Assembly (NCBI GenBank): GCA_964016885.1
Contig: CAXHJY010000856.1
Span: 126,086-190,085, forward strand
DNA: 64,000 bases
Source of the DNA: Eledone cirrhosa
Taxonomy: Eukaryota
Direction: 5' to 3'
The notes beneath the pieces were generated by a model. That model made no database searches, was not told the origin of the DNA, and saw only the letters and a list, made by a program, of their open reading frames with translations. A program made the position numbers and the translations under genes. This document shows, in pieces, positions 1-17,855 of the stretch. Numbering within the stretch: the first letter of the stretch is position 1; every line of letters starts with the position of its first letter.

Positions 1-914
1 TCGACTTTTTGAAGATGGAGGCACACTAGATGTCACTGCTGTTCCTGCAGTGGTTGCAATTGTTGTTGTGACCGTCGTCGTTGCAACTGCACCATTTATG
101 ACCTGCGTGGTCTCGGCAATGGTGCGGCCGGCCCCCAGACGCTGACCGTAACTGACAGCACCGGAGAATGTTCGTTTATTGTGACGAATGTCTTTGAGGC
201 CGTTAAAAATATCCCCAACATTCCTATCCAGCGGCCCCTTGCAGCTCGCCGACTGCGGGATGTGTAGCGAGACAGGGTAGTGTTGCCCCATGGCTGGCGG
301 GAAAGATGTTCTTTGAGATGGTTTAGCTTTGATCTCTGCCAGATACATGTTCTTCTTCTCTGTGCTGGCTGCTGGGGATCTCTTGTTAATCCACTTCCAG
401 ATCTTACGATCCAAGGACCGAGAACTTGTTGTGTTGCGGTGATGAAATGTGCTGTCGTCTGTATTCGTATCATCCGAATCAGCTTCCATACTTTCCACGT
501 TGGCCTGTCGACACAACAGGCGTTTCGGCTTGTCTTGTTCCAAACTGCTCGAATGACTTGCAGACATTCGGGAATTGCTACTATCCTTACTGTCGAGAGC
601 CAACACTCTCGGCCTCTGGCGAGAAGCAATGGCACAGTCGAGTGAGCGCTGTAGCTGATGGTGTGACTGCGACCCACTGTGGTTGCTTCCTGCCACAGCC
701 TGACCGTACCAGCTCTCCAGGGAGCTCTTTGTTCTGCGAACAGCTTTCCGCCTCTTCATGCGCGGCTCCGGAGAGAGTTCACTGTCAGCATCTACACGGT
801 GACAGCCCTCCGGTGGTGTGGTGGTGTTCGACAAGGAGCTGCTTTTGCTCAGTTGCTGCTCGACATAGACTTTGGTTGTGATTTGATGGGGAAAGTTCGC
901 CGACAGTTCATCAT
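1..914 (-). CDS. Internal exon of an unidentified host gene (Ser/Thr-rich, probably disordered; continues off the left edge)
   Basis: Minus strand reads CTCTTCTTTGTTGCAG|ATGATGAACTG (polypyrimidine tract plus CAG acceptor), then 304 stop-free codons from 912 to 1: DELSANFPHQITTKVYVEQQLSK...EPRMKRRKAVRRTKSS...LDRKIWKWINKRSP...TTTVTTTIATTAGTAVTSSVPPSSKSR. GC content is far above the flanks. Not in the ORF track because the frame has no stop inside the window. Confidence 0.85.
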
Positions 915-1089
915 CTGCAACAAAGAAGAGATGAAACAATTACTGAAGAGATTCCCCCCCCCCCCCCCCTCCATCCACTGAACCCCACGTGGCACAACAC
1001 ACGGATGTAGAAGATGTATATTTATGAATGGGTCACCGCGCACGTATGAGTGTATTATATAAATGGTGAGGCATATACACACACAACAA

Positions 1090-1132
<43 letters not shown>

Positions 1133-1928
1133 AAGATATATGTATATACCTATATGTACATTCATGTACATGCATATATAAACTTCTGAAAATATTTGTA
1201 TGTGTTTGCATCCATGTACACCCAAGCACAAATGTACAAACACACCCATACACACACGCATATGGTTATGTAGGCATAAATATATGTAAGTGCATATAAA
1301 TAAATATTTATACTCACACACACAAACATACAATTTTAAGCACATAATATATACATGGGTGCATATACATAGATACATACACATTCAAATATGAATTACT
1401 TTTTTTTTTATGTTGCCTATACACAAATATAAGCACACAGAAATATATACATACATAGAGATATGTGCACGCCCAGACATATATACATTCCTATATCTCA
1501 TATGCACACACACAGTATGTGGGGAGCAGGATGGAGGATTGAAAACAAAGAAATGATATTTTATTTTTGAGAAAAGATATTTTATTTTTGACAATTTTAT
1601 TTATTCACTTCCCTGCCTCATTCGCTATCCTTATATATATACACACACACACTTATATATACATACATTATATATATACAAATACATATACATATATATA
1701 CATATACATTATATATATACAAATACATATATATACATATACATTATATATATACATATATATATATACATATATACATATACATATATATATATACATA
1801 TATATATATATACATATATATATATATCGACAGTCGATCGACTTTCGTCAAATCGGACCGAGGAAACAATGTTTCCATTGGTCTTTCCAATTGCTAATAC
1901 TATCTATCGGTCGCAACTCCAGGTAGAA

Positions 1929-2050
1929 GGAGCAACGTGAAATAAAGTGTCTTGCTCAAGGACATAACGCATCGCCCGGTTCGGGATTCGAACTCACAAT
2001 CTCACGATTGTGAATCCAGTTCTCTAACCACTCAGCCACGCGCCTCCACC
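1929..2050 (-). mobile_element. tRNA-derived SINE (head plus CORE-like domain)
   Basis: Minus strand GGAGGCGCG-TGGCTGAGTGG (A box)...GAGTTCGAATC (B box)...GTCCTTGAGCAAGACACTTTATTTCAC; homologous to the head of the SINE at 45035-45380. Confidence 0.85.
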
Positions 2051-2181
<131 letters not shown>

Positions 2182-2332
2182 CATATATACATATATATAT
2201 ATACATATATACATATATATACATACATATATACATATATATACATACATATATACATATATACATACATATATACATATATACATATATATACATATAT
2301 ACATATATATATATATACATATATATATATAC

Positions 2333-2443
<111 letters not shown>

Positions 2444-2494
2444 CATATATATATACATATATATATACATATATATATATACATATATATATAC

Positions 2495-2541
<47 letters not shown>

Positions 2542-3262
2542 CACACATATATATATATATATACACATATATATATATATATATACATACATATATATAT
2601 ATATATATACATATATATATACATATACATATATATATATATACATATACATATACATACATATACAATATATATACATATACATACATATACAATATAT
2701 ATACATATACATATATATACATATACAATATATATACATAAACATATATACATATATATATACATATACATATATACATATATATACATATACATATATA
2801 TACATATATATACATATATATACATATATATATACATATATATATATATAGATACATACACATATATACATATATATATACATATATATAGATACATACA
2901 TATATATACATATATATATACATACATATATACATACATATATATACACACATATATATATATATATAGATACATACATATATATACATATATATATATA
3001 TATATAGATACATACATATATATACACATATATATATATATATAGATACATACATATATATATAGATACATACATATATATATATACATATATATATATA
3101 GATACATACATATATATATATAGATACATACATATATATATAGATACATACATATATATATATACATATATATATATAGATACATACATATATATATATA
3201 TATACATACATATATATATATATATACATACATATATATATATATATACATACATATATATA

Positions 3263-3294
<32 letters not shown>

Positions 3295-3490
3295 CATATA
3301 TATAGATACATACATATATATATATATACATACATACATATATATATATAGATACATACATATATATACATACAAATACATATATATACATACATACATA
3401 TACATACATATATATACATACATACATATATATATACATACATATATATATATATACATACATATATATATACATACATATATATATATA

Positions 3491-3526
<36 letters not shown>

Positions 3527-4305
3527 TACATATATATATACATACATATATATATACATACATACATATATACATACATACATATATATATATATACATA
3601 CATATATATATATATATACATACATACATATATATATATAGATACATACATATATATATATATAGATACATACATATATATATACATACATACATATATA
3701 TACATACAAATACATACATACATATATATACATACATACATATACATACATACATATATATATATACATACATATACATACATACATATATATATACATA
3801 CATATATATATATATACATACATACATATATATATACATACATATATATATACATACATACATATATATATACATACATATATATATATATACATATATA
3901 TATACATACATACATACATATATATATACATACATATATATATATATACATACATATATATATACATACATATATATATACATACATATATATATACATA
4001 CATACATACAAATATATATACATACATATATATATATATACATACATATATATATATATATACATGTATATATATGCATACATACATGTATATATATACA
4101 TACATACATATATATGTATACATATCTATATATATACATATATATATATATATATACATGTATATATATGCATACATACATGTATATATATACATACATA
4201 CATATATATGTATACATATATATATATATATATATACATATATATACATATATATATATATGCATATATATATATATATATATACATATATATACATATA
4301 TATGC

Positions 4306-4340
<35 letters not shown>

Positions 4341-4361
4341 CATATATATACATATATATGC

Positions 4362-4396
<35 letters not shown>

Positions 4397-4541
4397 CATA
4401 CATATATATATACATATATATATATATACATACATATATATATACATACATATATATATACATACATATACATATATATATATATACATACATATATATA
4501 TACATACATATATATATACATACATATACATATATATATAC

Positions 4542-4572
<31 letters not shown>

Positions 4573-4585
4573 CATATATATATAC

Positions 4586-4634
<49 letters not shown>

Positions 4635-4759
4635 CATACATATATATATATACATACATATATATATATACATACATATATATATATACATACATATATA
4701 TATATACATACATATATACATACATATATATATATAAATACATATATATATACATACAC

Positions 4760-5135
4760 CTACGCCATTTTTATTCAGTCTGTCTATATAGACAGACTGA
4801 ATAAAAATGGCGTAGACATACAATACAACAGGAGGAAAATATAGCACCACTGACGATGATTTATGATAAACGAAAGATTTATGATAAACTATATATATGT
4901 GTTTGTGTCTATATTGTATCTGTATTATCTTTGACCGCCGGTCAGTCAATGGCAACATTGAGGACCAAGTATATTAGATTACCGATATAAAAGACACAGA
5001 TGCGAGAAGCGAAAACCAACCAAACAGTGAGTGTGTTCTGTTATTAATTCTGGCAATATTACACAAATATGACCCTCCCCAAGTATAACAATATTTGTTT
5101 AGACACACCTCGCAAAACCAATTCATCGCCGCCAC
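4760..5135 (+). mobile_element. Penelope-like pseudo-LTR remnant with 5' fold-back, degenerate hammerhead and start of ORF (MTLPKYNNI)
   Basis: Perfect palindrome 4760-4815; CTGACGA...GAAAG...CTA at ~4850-4891; ATGACCCTCCCCAAGTATAACAATAT at 5069 matches the ORF start at 44391 of the GIY-YIG-bearing element; both share AAAATGGCGTAG upstream of the ribozyme motif. Confidence 0.7.
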
Positions 5136-5151
5136 ATATATATATATATAC

Positions 5152-5184
<33 letters not shown>

Positions 5185-5332
5185 CATACATATATATATA
5201 TACATACATATATATATATATACACATATATATTATACACATATATATATCTATACAAATATATATATTATACACATATATATATATTATACACATATAT
5301 ATATATTATACACATATATATATATTATACAC

Positions 5333-5363
<31 letters not shown>

Positions 5364-5408
5364 TATATATATACAAATATATATATATACACATATATAT
5401 ATACATAC

Positions 5409-5457
<49 letters not shown>

Positions 5458-5459
5458 CG

Positions 5460-5510
<51 letters not shown>

Positions 5511-5786
5511 TTACATATATATATATACATATATATACATATATATATATATACATATACATATATATACATATATATATATATATTTACATATATATAT
5601 ATACATATATATACATATATATATATATACATATACATATATATATATATACATATACATATATACATATATATATATACATATATATATATACATATAT
5701 ATATATACATATATATATACATATATATATATACATATATATATATACATATATATACATACATATATATACATATATATATATAC

Positions 5787-5817
<31 letters not shown>

Positions 5818-5834
5818 CATATATATATATGTAC

Positions 5835-5903
<69 letters not shown>

Positions 5904-5920
5904 CATATATATATATGTAC

Positions 5921-6007
<87 letters not shown>

Positions 6008-6014
6008 CATATAC

Positions 6015-6063
<49 letters not shown>

Positions 6064-6070
6064 CATATAC

Positions 6071-6125
<55 letters not shown>

Positions 6126-6164
6126 CATATACATATATATACATATACATATATATACATATAC

Positions 6165-6213
<49 letters not shown>

Positions 6214-6220
6214 CATATAC

Positions 6221-6275
<55 letters not shown>

Positions 6276-6314
6276 CATATACATATATATACATATACAT
6301 ATATATACATATAC

Positions 6315-6365
<51 letters not shown>

Positions 6366-6378
6366 CATATATATATAC

Positions 6379-6411
<33 letters not shown>

Positions 6412-6412
6412 C

Positions 6413-6495
<83 letters not shown>

Positions 6496-6512
6496 CATAT
6501 ATATATATATAC

Positions 6513-6657
<145 letters not shown>

Positions 6658-6766
6658 CATATATATACATATATATATATATATACATATATATACATAT
6701 ATATATATATACATATATATACATATATACATATATATACATATATATATATATACATATATATAC

Positions 6767-6817
<51 letters not shown>

Positions 6818-6900
6818 CATATATATATACATATATATATATATACATACATATATATATATACATACATATATATATATACATACATATATATATATAC

Positions 6901-6931
<31 letters not shown>

Positions 6932-6932
6932 C

Positions 6933-7013
<81 letters not shown>

Positions 7014-7066
7014 CATATATATACATATATATATATACATATATATATATACATATATATATATAC

Positions 7067-7097
<31 letters not shown>

Positions 7098-7098
7098 C

Positions 7099-7147
<49 letters not shown>

Positions 7148-7160
7148 TATATACATATAC

Positions 7161-7265
<105 letters not shown>

Positions 7266-7280
7266 TATATACATATATAT

Positions 7281-7311
<31 letters not shown>

Positions 7312-9079
7312 GGTTTAGCGTCCGTGTTCCACGCTTGCATGGGTTTGGACGGGGGTTTTCCCACTTGAGGCAAGAGTGGTTGTCTTGCTCGCATAGGACT
7401 GTCTGGCGGGTTTTCTACAGCTAGATGCCCTTCCTAACACCAACCACATTTACAGTGTGGGGCTGGGAGGTTTTTACCGTGTTGCCTACACGGCCACATT
7501 ACAGCGTGGACTGTCTGGCGGGTTTTCTACAGCTGGATGCCCTTCTTAACACCAACCACATTTACAGTGTGGGGCTGGGAGGTTTTTACCGTGTTGCCTA
7601 CAAAGCCACATTTACAGCGTGGACTGTGTGTTTTTTTGTCGTGACACATACACGATCTCATTTGTTTCGGCCTGGATGTTGTGGGACCAACATAACTTTA
7701 CATTGAAAGGGGCGGTGTGGATGGGGTGGAGGTGGTGGGACGGGGGTGTGTTTCGTTAGAGATGCCTACTGGTTGTAGTAGGTTTTATTATGTATTTAGG
7801 TAAGGCGGGTCTTCTCTGTTACTGAGTACCGCCAAAGGTCTCGGTCCAGTGACATTGTCTTGGAGAGGTGTAAGTGTGTGAGGTCAGAGTTTATCAGCTC
7901 GTCCCAGGTTTTTCTAGGTCTGCCTATTCCGTGGCTACCGTCTATCTTTATTGCCCTGCACTTTGTAATACAGCTATCGACTTTCATGCGTATCACGTGT
8001 CCATACCAACGTAGCCTTCTCTCAAGTAAACAACATCTGATCCCTCTTATTTCTAATATTTTCCTTAGTTCGTTTATGCTTTGCCGTTCACGTATATTAC
8101 TGTTACACATCCAGCGGAGCATGCAAGCTTCGTTCCTCTCTAGTCTGCGTATATCCTCTGCACACAATGCCCAGGTCTCACTGCCGTGCAACATTGCTGT
8201 TCGTATGCAGGCATCGTACAACCTGCCTTTCATTTTTAGGGAGAACCCTTTAGCAGCTAATAGTGGTATGAGCTCTCTGAACTTTTTCCAACCAGTTCTG
8301 ACTCTAGCTACTGTACTTTCAGAGCACCCTCCCCCACTGCTGATTTTATCACCCAGGTAACGGAAGCTGTCCACTATTTCTATAGAACCCTCTGCGCAAT
8401 TGAAAGAGCTAGTATTTTGTGGGCACTTGCTGCTACTTATTGCACCAGAGCACCGGCCACATGTAAAATCTATGTTCTTAGTTAGCTTACCTGTGATCCC
8501 ACTACATCTTTTATGCACCCATACTTTGCATTTAGGACATAAAATGGAGTTTCTACCTACGCCTTTCCTACACACCGAGCACGACCATTTCCCTGAAGGG
8601 ACCGCCGCCTTATTTTCTTTCCTACATACTAGAACTTTAGTCTTAGCCAGGATAATTTTAAGGCCTTTTGATTCTAGGCCGTGCTTCCATGTTTGGAATT
8701 TCTTCTCTAGCTCGGCCATTGATTCCGCTATGAGTGTCAGGTCGTCTGCGTATAGGAGTTCCCATGGGCAGCCGGTCTTGAACTCCTCCGTTATAGCCTG
8801 AAGGGCAATAATAAATAGTAGGGGGCTGAGAACAGAGCCCTGATGGACACCAACTTTTACACTAAACTCTTCACTATATTCGTTGTTAATTCTAACCTTG
8901 CTGACTGTTTCTTTATACATGGCTTGTATAGCTCTCACAAGCCATTCGTCAACGCCTAGTTTTTTAAGAGCCCACCAGATAATGGAGCGGGGGACTCTGT
9001 CGAAGGCTTTCTCCAAGTCCACAAAAGCTAAGTAGAGGGGTTTACCTTTAGCTAGGTACTTCTCCTGTAGTTGTCGTAT
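7281..9079 (-). mobile_element. 5'-truncated RTE-clade LINE with (ATG)n tail
   Basis: RT ORF followed by a 3' UTR with two ~113-bp modules and ending ...CCCATGCAAGCGTGGAACACGGACGCTAAACC(TGA)n; near-identical to 39528-40921. Confidence 0.93.
7796..9079 (-). CDS. RTE-clade reverse transcriptase, C-terminal part, with an inserted Cys/His (PHD-like) finger
   Basis: Motifs [55 protein letters not shown]. The N-terminal MYIY run in the ORF track is microsatellite. Confidence 0.93.
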   Translation of the reverse strand: MRQLQEKYLAKGKPLYLAFVDLEKAFDRVPRSIIWWALKKLGVDEWLVRAIQAMYKETVSKVRINNEYSEEFSVKVGVHQGSVLSPLLFIIALQAITEEFKTGCPWELLYADDLTLIAESMAELEKKFQTWKHGLESKGLKIILAKTKVLVCRKENKAAVPSGKWSCSVCRKGVGRNSILCPKCKVWVHKRCSGITGKLTKNIDFTCGRCSGAISSSKCPQNTSSFNCAEGSIEIVDSFRYLGDKISSGGGCSESTVARVRTGWKKFRELIPLLAAKGFSLKMKGRLYDACIRTAMLHGSETWALCAEDIRRLERNEACMLRWMCNSNIRERQSINELRKILEIRGIRCCLLERRLRWYGHVIRMKVDSCITKCRAIKIDGSHGIGRPRKTWDELINSDLTHLHLSKTMSLDRDLWRYSVTEKTRLT

Positions 9080-9414
9080 ATATATATACATATATATATA
9101 TATACATATATATACATATATATACATATATATACATACATATATATACATATATATACATATATATATATACATATACATATATATACATATATACATA
9201 TACATATATATATATACATATACATATATACATATACATATATATATATACATATATATACATATATATATACATATATATATATATATACATATATATA
9301 CATATATATATACATATATATATGGGAACCAGTAAGACCCCGACAGCTGAGCTCAAGCCGTTTCGACAGCTAATATATATACATATATATACATATATAT
9401 ATACATATATATAC

Positions 9415-9837
<423 letters not shown>

Positions 9838-9866
9838 CATATATATAAATATATACAAATATATAC

Positions 9867-9901
<35 letters not shown>

Positions 9902-10040
9902 CATATATATACATATATATACATATATATACACATATATATACATATATATACATATATATACATATATATATACATATATATACATATATATATATAT
10001 ATATACATATATATACATATATATATATACATATATATAC

Positions 10041-10073
<33 letters not shown>

Positions 10074-10202
10074 CATACATACATATATATATATACATAT
10101 ATATACATATATATATATATATATACATACATATATATATACACATACATATATATATATACATACATATATATATATATATATACATACATATATATAT
10201 AC

Positions 10203-10790
10203 ATGGTGGCTGCCAACTCGTTTTCGAGTACGGCCACTACTTTATATCCATGTTGGAGAACTCCTACCGATGCTCTGAATGAGTGACTTTTTAGTCCAGC
10301 CAGCAACTTGAAAACTCTGGTACAAATACTACACTTGTGACAATTATTGACACATAGTGCTGGGCCAATGGTACCATGTGACGACAAGTGCAAAGAGATC
10401 TCCAGATATAAAGCAATGCCTGTGCCGTGAAGCTTTTATAGTGAGCAAAGGCACTGCACAAAGCCAGTCCCACTCTCTTAACCAAGATGATATTTACCAA
10501 AAAGAAGAACATGTCAACATCATTGGATACCATCAGAGTTTTCCTTCTCCTAGAATTCTGCCTTGACAAAGGCTAAGGGGTCATCTCTCCCGGTGATTTT
10601 GGATGGCCATTGACTCTTAAGAGCTCCTTTGCCCTTTGACAGGTTTTGTTTTTAGTCCTGCAGGATGTCCAAAGTCACCCTCCTCACCAAGAAACCTTGG
10701 TGGGGTTGCCAGTTTAGTCGCCAACGACCCGACCATGAGACAGGTTGCACTGGGATACATGTTACCAGTAGCACCAACTGGTGACCTGAC
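10203..10790 (-). mobile_element. Non-autonomous bipartite RTE derivative (5' UTR-like part joined to 3' end), copy 1
   Basis: Minus strand has an RTE 5' UTR-like CTAGGAGAAGGAAAACTCTGA motif and ends in a C2H2 remnant ([17 protein letters not shown]) plus the terminal GTGGCCGTACTCGAAAACGAGTTGGCAGCCACCA; no RT between them. Confidence 0.65.
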
Positions 10791-10931
10791 ATATGTATAT
10801 ATATATATATGTATGTATATATATATATGTATGTATATATATATATATGTATGTATGTATATATATATATATACATACATATATATATACATACATACAT
10901 ATATACATACATACATATATATATATATATG

Positions 10932-10964
<33 letters not shown>

Positions 10965-11024
10965 ATACATACATATATACATATATATATACATACATAT
11001 ATATATACATACATACATATATAT

Positions 11025-11091
<67 letters not shown>

Positions 11092-11092
11092 C

Positions 11093-11632
11093 ATGGTGGC
11101 TGCCAACTCGTTTTCGAGTACGGCCACTACTTTACATCCATGTAGGATAACCCCTACCGAAGCGCTGAACGAGTGTGACTTTTTAGTCCAGCCAGCGACT
11201 TGAAACCTCTGGTACAAACACCACACCTGTGACAACCATTGACACATAGTGCTAGGCCCATGGTAGGACAACCATTGACACATAGTGCTGGGCCCATGTG
11301 AGGACAAGTGCAGAGAGATCTCCAGATATAAAGCAATGCCTGTGCCGTGAAGCTTTTATAGTGAGCAAAGGCACTGCACAAAGCCAGTCCCACTCTCTTA
11401 ACCAAGATGCTATTTACCAAAAAGAAGAACAAGTCAACATCATTGGATACCATCAGGGTTGCAGGTGTTATATCAGAGTTTTCCTTCTCCTAGAATTCTG
11501 CCTTGACTAAGGCTAAAGGGGTCATCTCTCCCGGTGATTTTGGATGGCCATTGACTCTTAAGAGCTCCTTTGCCCTTTGACAGGTTTTATTTTTAGTCCT
11601 GCAGGACTGGTGAGGAGGGTGACTTTGGACAT
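11093..11632 (-). mobile_element. Non-autonomous bipartite RTE derivative, copy 2, with short 5' inversion
   Basis: Diverged direct copy of 10203-10790 ([19 protein letters not shown]); the terminal ~25 bp TGGTGAGGAGGGTGACTTTGGACAT is inverted relative to copy 1. Confidence 0.65.
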
Positions 11633-11681
11633 ATACATACATATATATACATATATATATATACATACATATATACATACA

Positions 11682-11717
<36 letters not shown>

Positions 11718-11806
11718 CATACATATATATATACATACATATATACATACATATATATATACATATATACATACATACATATATATATACATATATACAT
11801 ACATAC

Positions 11807-11857
<51 letters not shown>

Positions 11858-12751
11858 CATATACATATATATATATACATACATATATACATACATATAT
11901 ACATACATATATACATACATATATACATATACATATATATATATACATATATATATACATATATATATACATACATATATATACATATATATACATATAT
12001 ATATACATACATATATACATACATATATATACATATATATACATACATATATATATACATATATATACATACATATATATATACATATATATATATACAT
12101 ATATATATACATATATATATATACATATATATATACATATATATATATACATATATATATATACATATACATATATACATATACATATATACATATATAT
12201 ATACATATATATACATACATATATATACCATATATATACATATATATATACATATATATACATACATATATATATACATATATATACATACATATATATA
12301 TACATATATATATACATATATATATACATATATATATACATATATATATACATATATATATACATATACGTATATACATATACGTATATACATATATATA
12401 CATACATATATATATACATATATATATACATATATATATATACGTATATACATATATATATATATACATATATATATACATACATATATACATATACATA
12501 TATATATACATATATATATATATACACATATATATATATATACATATATATACATATACATATATATACATATATACATATATATACATATACATATATA
12601 CATATATACATATATACGTATATATACATATACATATATATATATACATACATATATATACATATATACATATATATATACATATATATACATATACATA
12701 CATATATATACATATACATATATACATATATATATATATATACATATATAC

Positions 12752-12797
<46 letters not shown>

Positions 12798-12835
12798 ATA
12801 TATATACATATACATACATACATATATATATATAC

Positions 12836-12904
<69 letters not shown>

Positions 12905-12940
12905 CATATATATATATACATATATATATATACATATATA

Positions 12941-12973
<33 letters not shown>

Positions 12974-13094
12974 ATACATATACATATATACATATATATA
13001 TATACATATATATACATATATATATATACATATATATATATACACATATATATATATACACATATATATATATACATATATATATATACACATA

Positions 13095-13126
<32 letters not shown>

Positions 13127-13193
13127 CATATATATACATATATATATATATACATATATATACATATATATATATATACATATATATACATAC

Positions 13194-13224
<31 letters not shown>

Positions 13225-13225
13225 C

Positions 13226-13256
<31 letters not shown>

Positions 13257-13259
13257 CAC

Positions 13260-13290
<31 letters not shown>

Positions 13291-13394
13291 CATATATATA
13301 CATATATATATATATACATATATATACATATAAATATATATATATATACATATATATACATATATATATATATACATATATATACATATAAATA

Positions 13395-13434
<40 letters not shown>

Positions 13435-13553
13435 CATATATATACATATATATATATATACATATATATACATATATATATATACATATATACATATATA
13501 TACATATATATATATATACATATATATACATATAAATATATATATATATATAC

Positions 13554-13629
<76 letters not shown>

Positions 13630-14021
13630 ATATATACATATATATACATATATATATATATACATACATATATATATATATACATATATACATATATATA
13701 CATATATATATACACATATATATATATACATATATATATACACATATATATATATATACATACATATATATATATACATATATATATACACATATATATA
13801 TATATACACATATATATATATACATATATATATATATACATATATATATATGTATATATATATATGTATATATATATATGTATATATATATATGTATATA
13901 TATATATGTATATATATATATGTATATATATATATGTATATATATACATATGTATATATATACATATATATATATATATGTATATATATACATATATATA
14001 TACATATACATATATATATAC

Positions 14022-14086
<65 letters not shown>

Positions 14087-14145
14087 CATATATATATATA
14101 CATATATGTATATATATATATGTATATATATACATATATATATAC

Positions 14146-14214
<69 letters not shown>

Positions 14215-14229
14215 CATATATATATATAC

Positions 14230-14276
<47 letters not shown>

Positions 14277-14313
14277 CATACATATATATATACATATATA
14301 TATATATACATAC

Positions 14314-14359
<46 letters not shown>

Positions 14360-14405
14360 ATATATACATATACATATATATATATATACATATATATACA
14401 TATAC

Positions 14406-14452
<47 letters not shown>

Positions 14453-14956
14453 CATATATATACATATACATCTCTATATACACATATATACATATATATA
14501 TATACATATAGACATATACATATATACATCTATATAGACATATACATATATACATATATATAGACATATACATATATACATATATATACATATATATATA
14601 CATATATATATACATATATATACATATATATATACATATATACATATATATATACATATACACATATATACATATACATATATATATACACATATATACA
14701 TATATATACATATACATATATATATATATATCTATATATATACACATTATATATATATATATCTATATATACACATATATATATATATATCTCTATATAT
14801 ACACATATATATATACATATATATACATACACATATATATATACATATATATACATACACATATATATATACATATATATACACATATATATACATATAT
14901 ATATTTACATATGTATATATATATATACATACATACATATACATATATATACATAT

Positions 14957-15522
14957 AGTGTCAAACTAACCACGGAGCTTGAGGCAATCCAGCGAAGCTA
15001 CACCAAGAGGATTGCCAAGATGAGGGAGACAAGCTACTGGGAGAGGCTAAAGGAACTGAACTTCTACTACTTGGAGCGAAGACGGGAGAGATACGCAGTG
15101 ATCTACATGTGGAAAATCCTGGAGGGACTAGCACCAAACTTTGGCATTGGGAGCTGGACCAACCGTCGAACAGGACGTCACTGTGTGGTGCCAAAGGTCC
15201 CGTCTTCCACATCTAGAATAAGGAGCAGGTATTGCAATAGCCTGGGATTCAAGGGCCCTCAACTCTTCAACAGGCTGCCGAGGCATCTGCGAGACTTGCA
15301 TGACGTGGAGGTGGATGTCTTTAAGAAACATCTCGACACCTTGTTATCCAGGATCCCGGATGAGCCCACAGCAAGACACGAGGGAAACCTAAGGGCAGCA
15401 GCAACAAACTCCCTCCTACACCAGTGGCCAAGCTATACAGGCTGGAGATAAAATGTGTAGCAACAAGGGCGGTGCCCCAGCATGGCCTCAGCCGGATGGC
15501 TGAAACAGGTAAAAGAGTAAGA

Positions 15523-15524
<2 letters not shown>
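14957..15524 (+). mobile_element. CR1-clade LINE 3' fragment (family A), copy 1
   Basis: [48 protein letters not shown]...GPQLFNRLP...FKKHLDTLL; tail CCCCAGCATGGCC...GGCTGAAACAGGTAAAAGAGTAAGAGT. Confidence 0.88.
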
Positions 15525-15563
<39 letters not shown>

Positions 15564-15678
15564 CATACATATATATATACATATACATATATATATACAT
15601 ATACATATATATATACATATACATATATATATATATTACATATATATATACATATACATATATATATATATACATATA

Positions 15679-15730
<52 letters not shown>

Positions 15731-15731
15731 C

Positions 15732-15762
<31 letters not shown>

Positions 15763-15773
15763 CATATATATAC

Positions 15774-15868
<95 letters not shown>

Positions 15869-15925
15869 CATATATATATATACATATATATATATACATA
15901 TATATATATACATATATATATATAC

Positions 15926-16445
<520 letters not shown>

Positions 16446-16908
16446 TTAATATATATATATATATACACATATATATATATACATATACATATATATATAT
16501 ATACACACATATATATACACATATATATATATATATCTATACATATATATATATATATACATATATACACATATATATATATATCTATACATATATATAT
16601 CTATACATATATATATATATATATACATATACATACATATATATATATATATATACATATATATATCTCTACATATATATACATATATATACATATACAT
16701 ACATATATATATATATATATATACACATATATATATATATACACATATATATATATATATATATATACATATATACATATATATACATATATCTATACAT
16801 ATATATATCTACATATATACATATATATACATATATATACATATATCTATACATATATATATCTATACATATATATATATATACATATATATATATACAT
16901 ATATATAC

Positions 16909-16955
<47 letters not shown>

Positions 16956-16984
16956 CATATATATATATACATATATATATATAC

Positions 16985-17103
<119 letters not shown>

Positions 17104-17154
17104 CATATATATATATACATATATATATATATACATATATATATACATATATAC

Positions 17155-17271
<117 letters not shown>

Positions 17272-17290
17272 CATATATTATATATATACA

Positions 17291-17326
<36 letters not shown>

Positions 17327-17515
17327 CATATCTATATATATATATACATATCTATATATATACATATATATATATATATACATATCTATATATATACATA
17401 TATATATATATATACATATCTATATATATATACATATATATATATATACATATATATACATATATATATATATATACATATATATACATATATATATATA
17501 TATACATATATATAC

Positions 17516-17624
<109 letters not shown>

Positions 17625-17653
17625 CATATATATACATATATACATATATATAC

Positions 17654-17746
<93 letters not shown>

Positions 17747-17757
17747 CATACATATAC

Positions 17758-17855
<98 letters not shown>

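Noticed and set aside
96-981. Track ORFs 96-677(-), 280-645, 426-881 and 679-981
   Set aside because: Shadow or antisense frames of the longer splice-bounded minus-strand exon.
1970-2050. tRNA gene (also 45300-45380)
   Set aside because: A/B boxes run directly into a SINE body and I see no clean acceptor stem.
7860-8801. Plus-strand ORFs over the RTE (also 39554-40495 minus)
   Set aside because: Antisense shadows of the RT frame.
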